From a virus, in the IMG/VR virus record IMGVR_UViG_3300020436_000059, positions 1 through 29,319 of that record: DNA of 29,319 nucleotides, one strand, 5' to 3'. A model generated the notes under the pieces. The model did not search any database. It was given only the letters and a program-made list of their open reading frames with translations, and was not told the origin of the DNA. Below, piece by piece: positions 7,686 through 17,263 of the stretch (position 1 is the stretch's first letter; every line of letters begins with the position of its first letter). The position numbers and the translations under genes are program-made.

Positions 7686-9907
7686 TAATCACTAACCTCC
7701 GTACATAAAAATTCACAACCATCTGGTCGTTTAGTTGTTTGTGTAATCATAAAAATATTATTTGCTGAATCCATACTGGATCCGAATAATTTTATATCTG
7801 AATCAAAGTTTTCAAAATTAATTAAATCACCTATTTCAAGCCCATTATACCTAGCAGTTGGAGAATCAAACATAATTGTAATTTTTCTGTCTTTACTGAT
7901 TGAAACTAAATATGTAGATAAAGCAGATGCAGTAGTATTGTCTATTATTTTATTAGTATCTACTTCTAATGTTAAAAGCTGACCAACTCCATTAACAGTA
8001 GTCCCTTGCGAAGTCGCATTTGACGAATTAGTAGTGCTTTGAGTATCTTCTTTTCCATAGTCATAATTGAAATTTATAATAGCTTTATTTCTTACTGCAT
8101 TTATAGGAGTTAGTTCAATTTTATCTAAAGTAATTTGATTATAATCGATTGTATTAATATCATTTCTTGAAGAATTATAATCTTCTGGACGTTCTAGTGT
8201 TTGTATTTTAAAATTACCATCACCTGATAAAAATAAATAACTTCCTGATATTTTTCCTATATTTTCAATTAATTCTTTTGAGTTAATAAATTTATATTGA
8301 GAAAATGCAAATTTTATATCAGTTGCTGAATCATCAAAAACATTTAATATTTTACCATCTGATGTATTACCAGATTTATCAAAAGTTGTAGTATCAATAT
8401 TTGTTAAACTTAATTCAGTTCTTAAAATATCTTCTATCATATAAATAGGATTTTCAATTAAATCATTTTGGTCATAACCATTATCTCTGCTTGCATCTAT
8501 CCAACTGCCATATTTCCTACCTTTTCCTGCATAATAAATGTATTGAATTGTTGCTGGTTTTTCTACTTGGTCTGTAACTTGTAAAGTTTTTCTAGTTACT
8601 GGCATCATTTTTCTTTGTCTTAATACATAAGTAGTTTCGCTACCTATTTCCCTTATAGTTGTAAATCTTCTTGTATAGTCTTGTTCAGCCGTAATACTAA
8701 ACTCAAGTGCTACATTAACAAAAGCTGCGGTAATAGTTCCAGAATTTTTTTGTAAAAAAAACTCATAATCGCCTTCCATACTAAAATCAGCAAGTTCATC
8801 TGTATTAAAAATTAAATTTGACCCACTTACTGGAATTGTTACTGATTGCTCTAAATTATCGTCAGCAAAAGCTATGTTTACTGAATCACCCGTATTATTA
8901 GCATCTCTAAACGTAAAAGCATCTGCACTTCCACCACTTGTCATTGAATTAAATGAAATAATTATTTTTATTGAATCGATAGTTCCTAAATCATTTAATT
9001 TAGGTAAACTAAAACCAATTGTAGAAGAACCATTTGCTGCAATTAAATTTCTACCAGTATTAAACTTGCCATCAAACAAACCAGAATCATTAACTGCTTC
9101 TGGATAGTAAATTTGTTCGTTACCGCTAAATTTTACACTTGGATCCGAAGTGCTTACTGCACAATTAGAATTTTTTATTGCTGTAAAAATATTGTCTTTA
9201 TATTGATAAATCTTAGACTGACTTAAAGTGTGTAATGCTTGTGAATCTGGTCGTGCTACGACTTTATCATCTGATGAGTTCCATGCTTGGTCAACTATTG
9301 CTGGAAATCTACCACCAGGAAAAGCTACTGCAAAATTACTTGGAACTGTTCCTACATTTTGCTTTACTTCAAAATCTCCATACGCTATTGGTATAGGTTT
9401 AGCTACATTGCCAGGTGGAGCTGCGGTATTGGTAACAACATTTGTTGGTATTTCATCATGGAAAGTTCCAGTTTTATCTAATAATTCTAAAATAATTTCG
9501 TTTCTGTTATATTTAAAATCACCACTTATAACACCAGAGCCTATTTGGTTTGCTGATGTATCAAAAGTTAAGCCATTAATACATTGAAATAATTCCCATT
9601 TACGATTTCCAAAATTTAAAGTAGATAATAAATCTGAAAACCTACCTCCTCTTATTGAATTTTTTGTATTTGATAATTTTACTGACAAGCTTGAAATTGA
9701 TGTTGTAAAATCAAAATATTCTAAATTTTGTACTAGTTCTCCAAAATCAGTTATTACTCCATGATAGAAATCGGATCCATCATCTCTATCAGTATCACTT
9801 ACACCTACAAAAGCAGATTCGTCATTATAATATAATTTTAAACACCAAAAAGTGTTATTGTTCCGTATTTTTAAAGCATTAGAAAGAGTACTATTAAAAC
9901 TAATCAT
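7685..9907 (-). CDS. Large tail-tip/baseplate-like structural protein
   Basis: 740-aa ORF immediately downstream of the tape measure (TAATG overlap). This position is typical of Dit/Tal-type distal tail proteins. Confidence 0.75.
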   Translation of the reverse strand: MISFNSTLSNALKIRNNNTFWCLKLYYNDESAFVGVSDTDRDDGSDFYHGVITDFGELVQNLEYFDFTTSISSLSVKLSNTKNSIRGGRFSDLLSTLNFGNRKWELFQCINGLTFDTSANQIGSGVISGDFKYNRNEIILELLDKTGTFHDEIPTNVVTNTAAPPGNVAKPIPIAYGDFEVKQNVGTVPSNFAVAFPGGRFPAIVDQAWNSSDDKVVARPDSQALHTLSQSKIYQYKDNIFTAIKNSNCAVSTSDPSVKFSGNEQIYYPEAVNDSGLFDGKFNTGRNLIAANGSSTIGFSLPKLNDLGTIDSIKIIISFNSMTSGGSADAFTFRDANNTGDSVNIAFADDNLEQSVTIPVSGSNLIFNTDELADFSMEGDYEFFLQKNSGTITAAFVNVALEFSITAEQDYTRRFTTIREIGSETTYVLRQRKMMPVTRKTLQVTDQVEKPATIQYIYYAGKGRKYGSWIDASRDNGYDQNDLIENPIYMIEDILRTELSLTNIDTTTFDKSGNTSDGKILNVFDDSATDIKFAFSQYKFINSKELIENIGKISGSYLFLSGDGNFKIQTLERPEDYNSSRNDINTIDYNQITLDKIELTPINAVRNKAIINFNYDYGKEDTQSTTNSSNATSQGTTVNGVGQLLTLEVDTNKIIDNTTASALSTYLVSISKDRKITIMFDSPTARYNGLEIGDLINFENFDSDIKLFGSSMDSANNIFMITQTTKRPDGCEFLCTEVSD

Positions 9908-11418
9908 TAATAAGCACTCGCTTTACTAATTGCTGGAACTAAAGTATTTCTTACATAACTAGAGCTAATTAAACCGCCATTTATATTTACATTAACTTTT
10001 GGAGTCTTTCCTGTAAACCCTGATAATACAAAATTAAAAAAACCACCAGATGTTGCTTTTGTCGCAGCACTCGCTGCTGGACCTGCACCACCAGTAAGCA
10101 AACTTAATACGCTAAAAATCGCAGCTTTCGCAGCCATTTCCGCAGCGATAGAATTTATTGCAGATTTAACGACTTGTTCCATATTTTGTCCTTCAATCGC
10201 AGCCGTAGCTAATCTACCAGCAAAGCCTTCTGCTAAACCTATCATATTTCTAAAAGGCTCCTCTTGTGCTTCAAGCTCTGCAATCCTAGCATCCCTTCGT
10301 TTTTGAAACATATCAAGCTGTTTTAATAATCTTGCTTCTTCGTCTTTTTGCCTTTGTTCTTCGTCTTTTTTTCTTTTTTCTTCGTCAGCTTCAAATTGTT
10401 TTTGTAATTCAGCTTCTCTCCTTTTAAACTCATCATTGTCTTGTCTTTTAACGGAAGCAAGGTTTCTTTCAGCCTCAGTTATTCTCTCAATTATAATTAA
10501 TTCGTCTTTTCTTGTTTGTATTTGTTCTTCAAGTGATTTAACTAATCTATCAGTATCGTCTGCAGTCATCTCTAAAAATGATTTAGCAAGACCTTCTGTT
10601 TGTCCCATTGAAACTGCTAATATATTTCCTTTTAATTGTTCTAATTGACTAGAGAGACGATTTAAAGTTTCATCTTCTATGTCTCGCATATTATCATTAA
10701 AATTTGAAAAAAAATTATCAGCAGCGATAGCAGCATCAGTTAAAAATTCTGCTATGTCTTTTACTGCTGGAGCTAACATTGTTCCAAAAGATTCCGCAGC
10801 ATCAGAACTTGCTAAAAATAAGCCCTCCATAGTTCCTGCAAGTGTTTCTGTTTGTGCTTGCGCAGCCCCACCAAATAAATCTGCCATTACTTCAACGGCT
10901 TTACCGGCTTTCATTTCCTCTGCTGTTAATTCACGAAGTTGTGGAACTAATTCACCTAATTCTCCAGAAAGTCCAGAAAATGTTTTTGCAGTATTTCTTA
11001 CAGCACTTTCTAATGTCATTCCAGTAGCAGAAGCTAGATCCGCAGCCACAGGAATAATTGTTTTTATTTGCTCTTGTGTAAAATTTAATTCCGCTAAAAA
11101 TGCTTGTTGACTTATAATACTATCATCTGAAAAATTTGTAAGCCTTTGTAATTCAGACGATTGTTTTATAAGTGCTTGAGATGTAAAACCTAATGCTTGT
11201 GATAATTTCTTTTCTGCTAATTCTTGTTGCGCAGCTAATTGAACAGAAGTCGTTAATCCTTGTATAATTCCTCTAGCAGAAAAATATGCAGCGCCTGCTG
11301 TTAATGCAGTTCCAGCTAATTTTTTTAAAGAATTGTCAACTTTTTTAGTTCCTTTTTCAGCTTCATCTAATCCACTAACTCTAAATATATAATTTATTAT
11401 TTTATCGCCTATTGCCAT
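9907..11418 (-). CDS. Tail tape-measure protein
   Basis: 503 aa, Ala/Leu/Glu-rich. It has a long coiled-coil segment (RKDELIIIERITEAERNL...EEKRKKDEEQRQKDEEARLLKQL) and a Gly/Ala-rich hydrophobic C-terminus. It lies directly downstream of the frameshifted chaperone pair. Confidence 0.8.
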   Translation of the reverse strand: MAIGDKIINYIFRVSGLDEAEKGTKKVDNSLKKLAGTALTAGAAYFSARGIIQGLTTSVQLAAQQELAEKKLSQALGFTSQALIKQSSELQRLTNFSDDSIISQQAFLAELNFTQEQIKTIIPVAADLASATGMTLESAVRNTAKTFSGLSGELGELVPQLRELTAEEMKAGKAVEVMADLFGGAAQAQTETLAGTMEGLFLASSDAAESFGTMLAPAVKDIAEFLTDAAIAADNFFSNFNDNMRDIEDETLNRLSSQLEQLKGNILAVSMGQTEGLAKSFLEMTADDTDRLVKSLEEQIQTRKDELIIIERITEAERNLASVKRQDNDEFKRREAELQKQFEADEEKRKKDEEQRQKDEEARLLKQLDMFQKRRDARIAELEAQEEPFRNMIGLAEGFAGRLATAAIEGQNMEQVVKSAINSIAAEMAAKAAIFSVLSLLTGGAGPAASAATKATSGGFFNFVLSGFTGKTPKVNVNINGGLISSSYVRNTLVPAISKASAY

Positions 11419-12126
11419 GTGTATCCTTTTCTGCTAAATATTTTTTAATATAATAGACTTCCTCTCTAATAATCATAAAATCTCTTAACTTATTTGCTGG
11501 AGCATTATCAATGCTTGATGCAATTGGAATTTTAAATTCATCAACTATATTATATTCTTCGTATAGCATTTCAAATTCATGGTCAAATAAAAAATATGGA
11601 TTGCAAAAATAATGTAATTGAAAATATAATTGCTGTCCAATAGAAAACTTTTTATTCGCTTCTTTAGAGATTCTAAAAACTTCATTATTCCTTTCAGTTT
11701 CATCATACTTAATCGGCTTAAACTTAGTAGGGGACTGAGCTTCATAGGGTTCGCTTATTTTAACGGGAAAACGGGGCGTATCAATAAAACCTAAACTATA
11801 CGCCCAAACATAATATCGAAGCCCAAGTCCCCTTAGTCGTTTTTTGAGTCATTGTCTAACCTTAAGTATTTGACTAATAACTCTTGCCCAAGTTTATCAA
11901 TATCAATATGGGATAATCCTTTTAAATCTTCATCTGGATTTTCAAAAGCAAAATCTAAAGCCATATTTACAGCTTTATCATGCAACTCCCAATTAATAGT
12001 TAATTTACCTAGTTTATTTTTATTTAAATCATATCCTGTTTGATTGTAACTAGCTTTGTATGCAGAATACAATTCCCTTTCTTGCTTGAACGTTATTTCT
12101 TTTATTTTATATTCTTTTATGTTCAT
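11402..12126 (-). CDS. Tail assembly chaperone, -1 frameshift fusion product (GT-like, about 241 aa)
   Basis: The -1 frame opens at a TGA just 2 codons before the slippery site. It stays open for 145 codons (RLRGLGLRYYVWAYSLGFIDTPRFPVKISEPYEAQSPTKF...YLAEKDTHGNRR*) to TAA at 11404..11402, overlapping the tape-measure ATG. There is no ATG/GTG/TTG near its 5' end, so it cannot be an independent gene. Confidence 0.7.
11833..12126 (-). CDS. Tail assembly chaperone (G-like, zero-frame product)
   Basis: 97-aa acidic ORF between the major tail protein and the tape measure. It ends 2 codons after an A_AAA_AAC slippery heptamer. Confidence 0.75.
   Translation of the reverse strand: MNIKEYKIKEITFKQERELYSAYKASYNQTGYDLNKNKLGKLTINWELHDKAVNMALDFAFENPDEDLKGLSHIDIDKLGQELLVKYLRLDNDSKND
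11839..11845 (-). promoter_or_regulatory. Programmed -1 ribosomal frameshift slippery heptamer A_AAA_AAC
   Basis: The minus strand reads ...GAC TCA AAA AAC GAC TAA. X_XXY_YYZ = A_AAA_AAC sits inside the short overlap window of the two frames. Confidence 0.65.
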
Positions 12127-12136
12127 TCCGGATCCT

Positions 12137-13135
12137 TTACGTTGAAACTATTTCTATAACATCGCCAGATGTATGTGCAAATAACTTTACAGAGACATCA
12201 AAAAACATTGCAGCGTTTTCGCTCATAGATATTGATGTTATTTTACCATAACTTGCTTTACATCCGAAACCAGTTGCAGACGAAAATGTTCCATTGTTAG
12301 CTAATTCTAAAGTAACAGTATCACCATCTTTAAAATCTGTATGAAGTCCAGCAGTATTATCGTCATACTTTACTGAAGCATCATAAGAAATTTCAAACTC
12401 TGGAGTAGCTCTTACAATACTCATAGGGTCTGCATTAGCTCCAGAATATCCTATGTAAGCACTCGGGTTACTTAAATTTAAACTAAATGATTGAATAATA
12501 CTATCTGCTATACTGGCAACTGTCCTTGTTGTAGTAAAATCTGATAGACTATAAAAAGTGGATCCAAATGCAGTCATAGAAGTTGGTTTATTTTGTCCAT
12601 AAGTAGGAGTAAATCCTGTACTAAATGTTCCACTTATCATGACCCTTCCAGATTCCGTTCCCATATCACCACTCATTGTTAACTGAGTTAATGTACAACC
12701 CGGAAATATTACGCTGTGGTCATTTCCAGCTTCAGGGCTTACTAAAGCAACCGTTACGGTTTTAGTAATTGCTGAAGATGCTCCATCTTCTAATTCAGGT
12801 GGTGTGTAATTATGAGCAACGTCATAAGTATTTCCATCTGCTGTATTTGTTGTTATATTTTGAAGTAATAAAGGTAGAACCGTTGAATCAGCAACACCAG
12901 AAAAAGAAATTTCTTTCATAGTATTTTTTTCTGATATAAATGTTGATGCTAATTTTGAAACTCTACCAGTTCCACTTCTTATGTTTAGTACTTGTGTTGG
13001 GTTCAAACTCGGAAAAGTTACGCTGTCTATATTTATCAGATTCATGGATGAAACATTAGCTGTTCCAATATTTGATTCTGCAACAAAAGCAAGTTGAAAT
13101 TCCGAACTTGAGTATCCCGCTCCATCTACTGCCAT
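12137..13135 (-). CDS. Major tail (tube) protein, by position
   Basis: 332-aa ORF immediately upstream of the chaperone pair, with a strong AAGGAGG before the ATG. No sheath-sized gene is nearby. Confidence 0.65.
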   Translation of the reverse strand: MAVDGAGYSSSEFQLAFVAESNIGTANVSSMNLINIDSVTFPSLNPTQVLNIRSGTGRVSKLASTFISEKNTMKEISFSGVADSTVLPLLLQNITTNTADGNTYDVAHNYTPPELEDGASSAITKTVTVALVSPEAGNDHSVIFPGCTLTQLTMSGDMGTESGRVMISGTFSTGFTPTYGQNKPTSMTAFGSTFYSLSDFTTTRTVASIADSIIQSFSLNLSNPSAYIGYSGANADPMSIVRATPEFEISYDASVKYDDNTAGLHTDFKDGDTVTLELANNGTFSSATGFGCKASYGKITSISMSENAAMFFDVSVKLFAHTSGDVIEIVST

Positions 13136-13303
13136 CTATTTTGCCTCCTTAATTTGAGTTGTTAACTCTTTAATTTCATCAGGAACTTTTTTTATCTCAA
13201 TAGTCTTGCCATTGTTTAAAGCCTCCCAATCCTCTGTTGTTAATCCACCATAGCTATTCCAAGGCGGTATTAATTTTGTTTTACTTTTTAATTTAATTTT
13301 CAT
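13136..13303 (-). CDS. Small hypothetical protein (55 aa, below the ORF-track cutoff)
   Basis: MKIKLKSKTKLIPPWNSYGGLTTEDWEALNNGKTIEIKKVPDEIKELTTQIKEAK*. AGGAG lies 5 nt upstream of the ATG at 13303. It fills the otherwise empty gap between two tightly packed genes, and its stop abuts the next ATG. Confidence 0.5.
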   Translation of the reverse strand: MKIKLKSKTKLIPPWNSYGGLTTEDWEALNNGKTIEIKKVPDEIKELTTQIKEAK

Positions 13304-13311
13304 ATAGTCTC

Positions 13312-13824
13312 CTATTCATATTGTGCTTCGGCAGATATACATTCAAAAGTGTATTCTACTACATTTAAATTAGGTGCTGTTTCTTTATCAGACAATGATG
13401 GATTATAATTTACGTTTGTTATATTTCCTGAATGGTAAATATAAGAAGTAATTAAATTCCAGTAGTCTATGCTGTGTGTATATCTTGAAATATAAGTAGA
13501 GTATGTTGTTTCTTCATTAGGTGGTGATGGATTATTTTGCATAACTCTTAAAAACCTTTCGGTTTGATTAGACAAAATATTATGGTGTGTATGCCTTCCA
13601 TAGCCTTCTCTAAAAAAATAATACCTAATATCAAATGTATAACTTCTTATCATTCCACCAGATAATCTTTGAATATCACTAATACTATTATTATAAATAT
13701 TAAAAAATGTTGTATTTCTGTACTGGTAGTCTTTATCAAAATGAACAGGTAAGTTAAACTCAGTAAAAATAAGCTCTTGTAACTTATTCATAATTCTTCT
13801 GCCTTGGTCTATATATATTGTCAT
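13312..13824 (-). CDS. Hypothetical virion (head-tail connector/tail terminator region) protein
   Basis: 170-aa ORF with an ATGA overlap with the upstream gene. Confidence 0.7.
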   Translation of the reverse strand: MTIYIDQGRRIMNKLQELIFTEFNLPVHFDKDYQYRNTTFFNIYNNSISDIQRLSGGMIRSYTFDIRYYFFREGYGRHTHHNILSNQTERFLRVMQNNPSPPNEETTYSTYISRYTHSIDYWNLITSYIYHSGNITNVNYNPSLSDKETAPNLNVVEYTFECISAEAQYE

Positions 13825-14804
13825 TTACGCTCTATGGTGTATGATTTAATTGGACTTCCAGCTTCAGGAATCATATTAGAACATTCTATATAGTATGTAT
13901 CTCCTGTTGTATGAACACCATAGCTCCATTTTATTTGTAAACCATGAGCACATTGTTGATATGCTCCAGAAATAGGCTCATTTGTTACAACTTGTTGTGT
14001 TTGTAAGCCATCATCATTTCCGGTGAATACATTGTATGTAACGCTTGTATTTGCGGTTCCATGAGTTAAAGTACCACCATTAGCAATCTTTACAGATATA
14101 GTATCATCTGCTGATGCTTGACCTCTAATGTCTATTATACTACCAGTCGTATTGGATCCGACACTTACAGGCAATAATTTTCCTTGTGTGTCTCTTAAAG
14201 TTTTATCATGCCATAAAGCAATTTCGCCAGACTTTATTAAATCTAAAAAACCATTTCCTTCTGGATTATAAGCTAATGATTGTAAATAATCTGCTCTGTC
14301 TTGGTCGTATGGTCTAACTAATTCGCTACAAGCTAAAACTGCATTCGCCTTAATAATAATATCATCATAACTTTGTAAAGATTCAGACTGGATGCCTACA
14401 CCTAACCTTTTTAAAATAGGTCTATTAATATAAGACCGAATAAATTCTGCAGCACGATTTAATGCAGTATTTTTCAAAGTTGCATAATCTCTGCCACCCT
14501 CTATTGTATGATGTGTTAATGGATTATTATCACTTCTAATGTAAGTAATATCTGCACTACTATCATAAAAATATTCACCATCTGCATTATTTGAAATTAA
14601 GGTAGATAAGCTATTTACCTTTGTCAATTCAAAATTGTCTCTAAATAATTGGTCAATAGTTCCAGTAGAACCCGCTTTATATACATTTGACTCATGAAAT
14701 AACCAACCAGTTAATAAAATTTTTCTATCAAATGCCTGGACATCTGGCAAAAAATATTCTAAATCTGTTGTAGCATTAGCATAAATTTCTCTAAACGTGG
14801 TCAT
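13821..14804 (-). CDS. Hypothetical structural protein (ORF track start 14816)
   Basis: ATG at 14804 (MTTFREIY...) is preceded by GGAGG at about 6 nt spacing. 327 aa. Confidence 0.7.
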   Translation of the reverse strand: MTTFREIYANATTDLEYFLPDVQAFDRKILLTGWLFHESNVYKAGSTGTIDQLFRDNFELTKVNSLSTLISNNADGEYFYDSSADITYIRSDNNPLTHHTIEGGRDYATLKNTALNRAAEFIRSYINRPILKRLGVGIQSESLQSYDDIIIKANAVLACSELVRPYDQDRADYLQSLAYNPEGNGFLDLIKSGEIALWHDKTLRDTQGKLLPVSVGSNTTGSIIDIRGQASADDTISVKIANGGTLTHGTANTSVTYNVFTGNDDGLQTQQVVTNEPISGAYQQCAHGLQIKWSYGVHTTGDTYYIECSNMIPEAGSPIKSYTIERK

Positions 14805-14979
14805 CAATACCTCCAATTAATTCAGGAATTTCAATAAAATCAATTAAATTACATATCTGACTAGATAATAATAATTGTTCTTCTACTGATGCAACATTTT
14901 CAAATTGGATCCGTAAAACTTTAAGCTGAGCTATTGCTTCTCCTAAATTTAAAGGTTCGTCTATATTATTAATTTCCAT
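14791..14979 (-). CDS. Small acidic hypothetical protein
   Basis: 62-aa ORF that overlaps both neighbours by a few codons. Confidence 0.55.
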   Translation of the reverse strand: MEINNIDEPLNLGEAIAQLKVLRIQFENVASVEEQLLLSSQICNLIDFIEIPELIGGIDDHV

Positions 14980-15727
14980 CTATTTCCTCTCCATATAAAA
15001 ATGTTTTTCCGTTTGTTATGTCAACAATATCAATTCTAAAATCACCATTTTTAAACCAATCAATAACTGCAAAAGCATGACCCCAGTTTGTTTTTCTATT
15101 CCGTAACCACACATTTGCTTCATCACTCATATCTTTAAGACAACCCAAGCTAAAACCAGCATGAGTGCCGTCAACATGAGTAACGGAATGTCTTTGAACA
15201 TCATGCATGTGACCATATACCACCGATTTGCCCAAATTAATAGCGTGTTGCTTTGTGTGGTATGCAGTAGAATAATGACCGCCATGATAAAAATATAATT
15301 TTCCGATTTTAAGATATTTTCCATAAGGTTTGTATTGGTAGCCTCTTTCTTTTAAACTAAGTAATTTTTCAAATTTATATTCTTTTAAATATGGATGTTC
15401 TATTACAAATTGGTTACACCAATAATCGTGGTTGCCTTCAATCATATATTTTACAATACAATCATCATCAAGAGCTTTATCAAATAAATCTAAACCATTA
15501 TTTATAAGCTCTGCTTCTTTGTCAATTTCTGGTAATATATATTCTAAAGGTGGTCGCTTTCTCCTTTTGTATTTCCAAGCTGAGCAACTTTCCCATTCGC
15601 CTACATCTCCTAAATGTATAAAAATGTTTGGCTTTACTATATCTATTGCCTTAAGAACACAATTTACTGCTGGTTCATAATGCAATGGAAAATGAGTATC
15701 GCCACAGACTATTGCTCGTCTAAACAT
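14969..15727 (-). CDS. Calcineurin-like metallophosphoesterase
   Basis: 252 aa with the ordered metallophosphoesterase motifs GDTHFP (motif I, GDxH), GDVGEW (motif II, GDxxD/E), EGNHDYW (motif III, GNHD/E) and later GHMH/H residues. Confidence 0.8.
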   Translation of the reverse strand: MFRRAIVCGDTHFPLHYEPAVNCVLKAIDIVKPNIFIHLGDVGEWESCSAWKYKRRKRPPLEYILPEIDKEAELINNGLDLFDKALDDDCIVKYMIEGNHDYWCNQFVIEHPYLKEYKFEKLLSLKERGYQYKPYGKYLKIGKLYFYHGGHYSTAYHTKQHAINLGKSVVYGHMHDVQRHSVTHVDGTHAGFSLGCLKDMSDEANVWLRNRKTNWGHAFAVIDWFKNGDFRIDIVDITNGKTFLYGEEIDGN

Positions 15728-16252
15728 TTAATCTTTTTGTATAGTAACTTTCATTCTAAGTACGCTTGTTGAACTTGCAACGAAATTACCACCACTTCTA
15801 TTAATTGCTGATGCGAAAATACTAGTACTTCCACTAGCACTTTGTATTCCTAAATCAATAGCACTTTTACTTGCTAAACTAGAATCTGCTAAGTTTGTAT
15901 AATCACCTGCTACAATTTTAACTACTCCAAGCATATTAACTAATGCTGAATCTAAATCTGCAACATCTTCACCTACTGCTTTTCCTTCGTCTTGTGTTAT
16001 TGAAGTGTTTACTGAACTGAATATAATATCCATTGCAGGTCCTGTTGTAGTTTGGTCAAGTATTGTAATAGACTTTATAATTCCGGATCCACCATTTACA
16101 GAAGTAGCAAAAGGTATTTCTATTGCTTGTGCAAACACTTTATTATCACCTATTGTTTCTGCATCAGTTGTAAGTGTTACCGATATAACATCTATTGCTT
16201 GTTTGTTTAGTCTTTCAGTTGTTGAAAATTCACTGATTGATGTTTCTGCCAT
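15728..16252 (-). CDS. Hypothetical structural protein
   Basis: 174-aa Ser/Thr/Ala/Ile-rich ORF. Its stop abuts the start of the phosphoesterase gene. Confidence 0.7.
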   Translation of the reverse strand: MAETSISEFSTTERLNKQAIDVISVTLTTDAETIGDNKVFAQAIEIPFATSVNGGSGIIKSITILDQTTTGPAMDIIFSSVNTSITQDEGKAVGEDVADLDSALVNMLGVVKIVAGDYTNLADSSLASKSAIDLGIQSASGSTSIFASAINRSGGNFVASSTSVLRMKVTIQKD

Positions 16253-16265
16253 ATTAACTCCTATT

Positions 16266-16739
16266 TTATGTTAATGCTCTTTTAAACCAACCAAACCAAT
16301 ATTTTAATAAAGTTGGCTTTCTATTTACTAAATCAGCATAATATTTTACTCTAAAACTTTTAAGCCGATATTCTTCTAAATTTTTACTTGCTGATGCTGT
16401 TTTAGGTCCGAGTTGTCCATCAACACTTATATTGTTTTTTATTTTATGGTTTATAGCCTCTTGAAGCACCAATACTGCTCGTTTTTTTCCCATATTGACT
16501 ACCATGTCGAAATAGACTTCTCTGATTGATTTTGGAAGTATTTCACATTTACCTTGGATCCAATAATCTTTATAATAAATATCAATAGCATCTTGTTTTG
16601 TTAATCCTTTTATATCTACATCTGGATATGCTCTCTTTGAAATACCATACTTTGTTTCGCCACCGGGGTCAGAGGGGTCATTAACGTAACCCCCCTCATG
16701 ATGAAGAACTTTTTTAACTGCTCTATTAAATTCTTCCAT
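16266..16739 (-). CDS. Endolysin, glycoside hydrolase family 108 with a C-terminal peptidoglycan-binding domain
   Basis: VLHHEGGYVNDPSDPGGETKYGISKRAYP is the GH108 signature (xEGGYxxxxxDxGGxTxxGI). The C-terminal DGQLGPKT fits the PG_binding_3 pattern. Confidence 0.85.
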   Translation of the reverse strand: MEEFNRAVKKVLHHEGGYVNDPSDPGGETKYGISKRAYPDVDIKGLTKQDAIDIYYKDYWIQGKCEILPKSIREVYFDMVVNMGKKRAVLVLQEAINHKIKNNISVDGQLGPKTASASKNLEEYRLKSFRVKYYADLVNRKPTLLKYWFGWFKRALT

Positions 16740-16786
16740 TTATTTTTTTCCACCCATTTTCTTTTTTTTCTTTTTGTGATATGGCA

Positions 16787-16972
16787 TTAGCTTCCCACCT
16801 CCCTTTGTGATTTAATATGTGCTTGCTGAAAAGAAGAACCAGATTTCATTAAATTTGCCATTTTTTGTAAATGTTTTTTTGTATGATGAACTGAATGAAT
16901 TCTCATTGTGCTTCTTTGTTGTTTGTTTAAAAAACCTATTTCAACGCCTTTTACTTTATAAGAATGTTTCAT
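16787..16972 (-). CDS. Small basic hypothetical protein
   Basis: 61-aa ORF, His/Lys-rich, with an ATGA overlap with the upstream ORF. Confidence 0.5.
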   Translation of the reverse strand: MKHSYKVKGVEIGFLNKQQRSTMRIHSVHHTKKHLQKMANLMKSGSSFQQAHIKSQREVGS

Positions 16973-17142
16973 AGTACTTTTTTTAATACACTTATAAATG
17001 TATCAACCATTGCAGAAATATATTTTTCTTCTGTTTGTTCATTAATAATAGGAATGTTAATATTTTTATTTAATGCTTCAACTATTTTATTTTTATTTTC
17101 TTCTTTTGATATTTCTGCTATAACTAAATCAGCTATTTTCAT
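16969..17142 (-). CDS. Small hypothetical protein (ORF track uses a TTG at 17181)
   Basis: ATG at 17142 (MKIADLVIAEISKEENK...) with AGGAG about 10 nt upstream. The track start codon at 17181 is TTG. Confidence 0.5.
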   Translation of the reverse strand: MKIADLVIAEISKEENKNKIVEALNKNINIPIINEQTEEKYISAMVDTFISVLKKVL

Positions 17143-17263
17143 TTTTTTTGTTCTCCTGTTTACTTTTATTAACAAATTCAAATTTTATATTTTTAGGAAT
17201 ATTGTATTCAGAAACTTTTGATTTTGTTTCATTTTGCTTACAATCACAATCACAAGAACTCAT
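17129..17263 (-). CDS. Possible 44-aa Cys-rich micro-ORF
   Basis: MSSCDCDCKQNETKSKVSEYNIPKNIKFEFVNKSKQENKKNENS*. Its ATG overlaps the upstream stop (ATGA). The only other support is that it fills a gap. Confidence 0.3.
   Translation of the reverse strand: MSSCDCDCKQNETKSKVSEYNIPKNIKFEFVNKSKQENKKNENS

Noticed and set aside
11545-11745. 66-aa minus-strand ORF in the gap between the chaperone and the tape measure.
   Set aside because: It is in a different frame from the 145-codon open frame, which connects to the A_AAA_AAC frameshift site and ends at the tape-measure start. Its sequence is Leu/Lys/Ile-rich noise.
11747-11760. GGTTCGC and other TTCGA-like strings (for example 1808..1820 and 7250..7262) as further tRNA T-loops.
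   Set aside because: No complementary acceptor, D or anticodon arms could be drawn around them.
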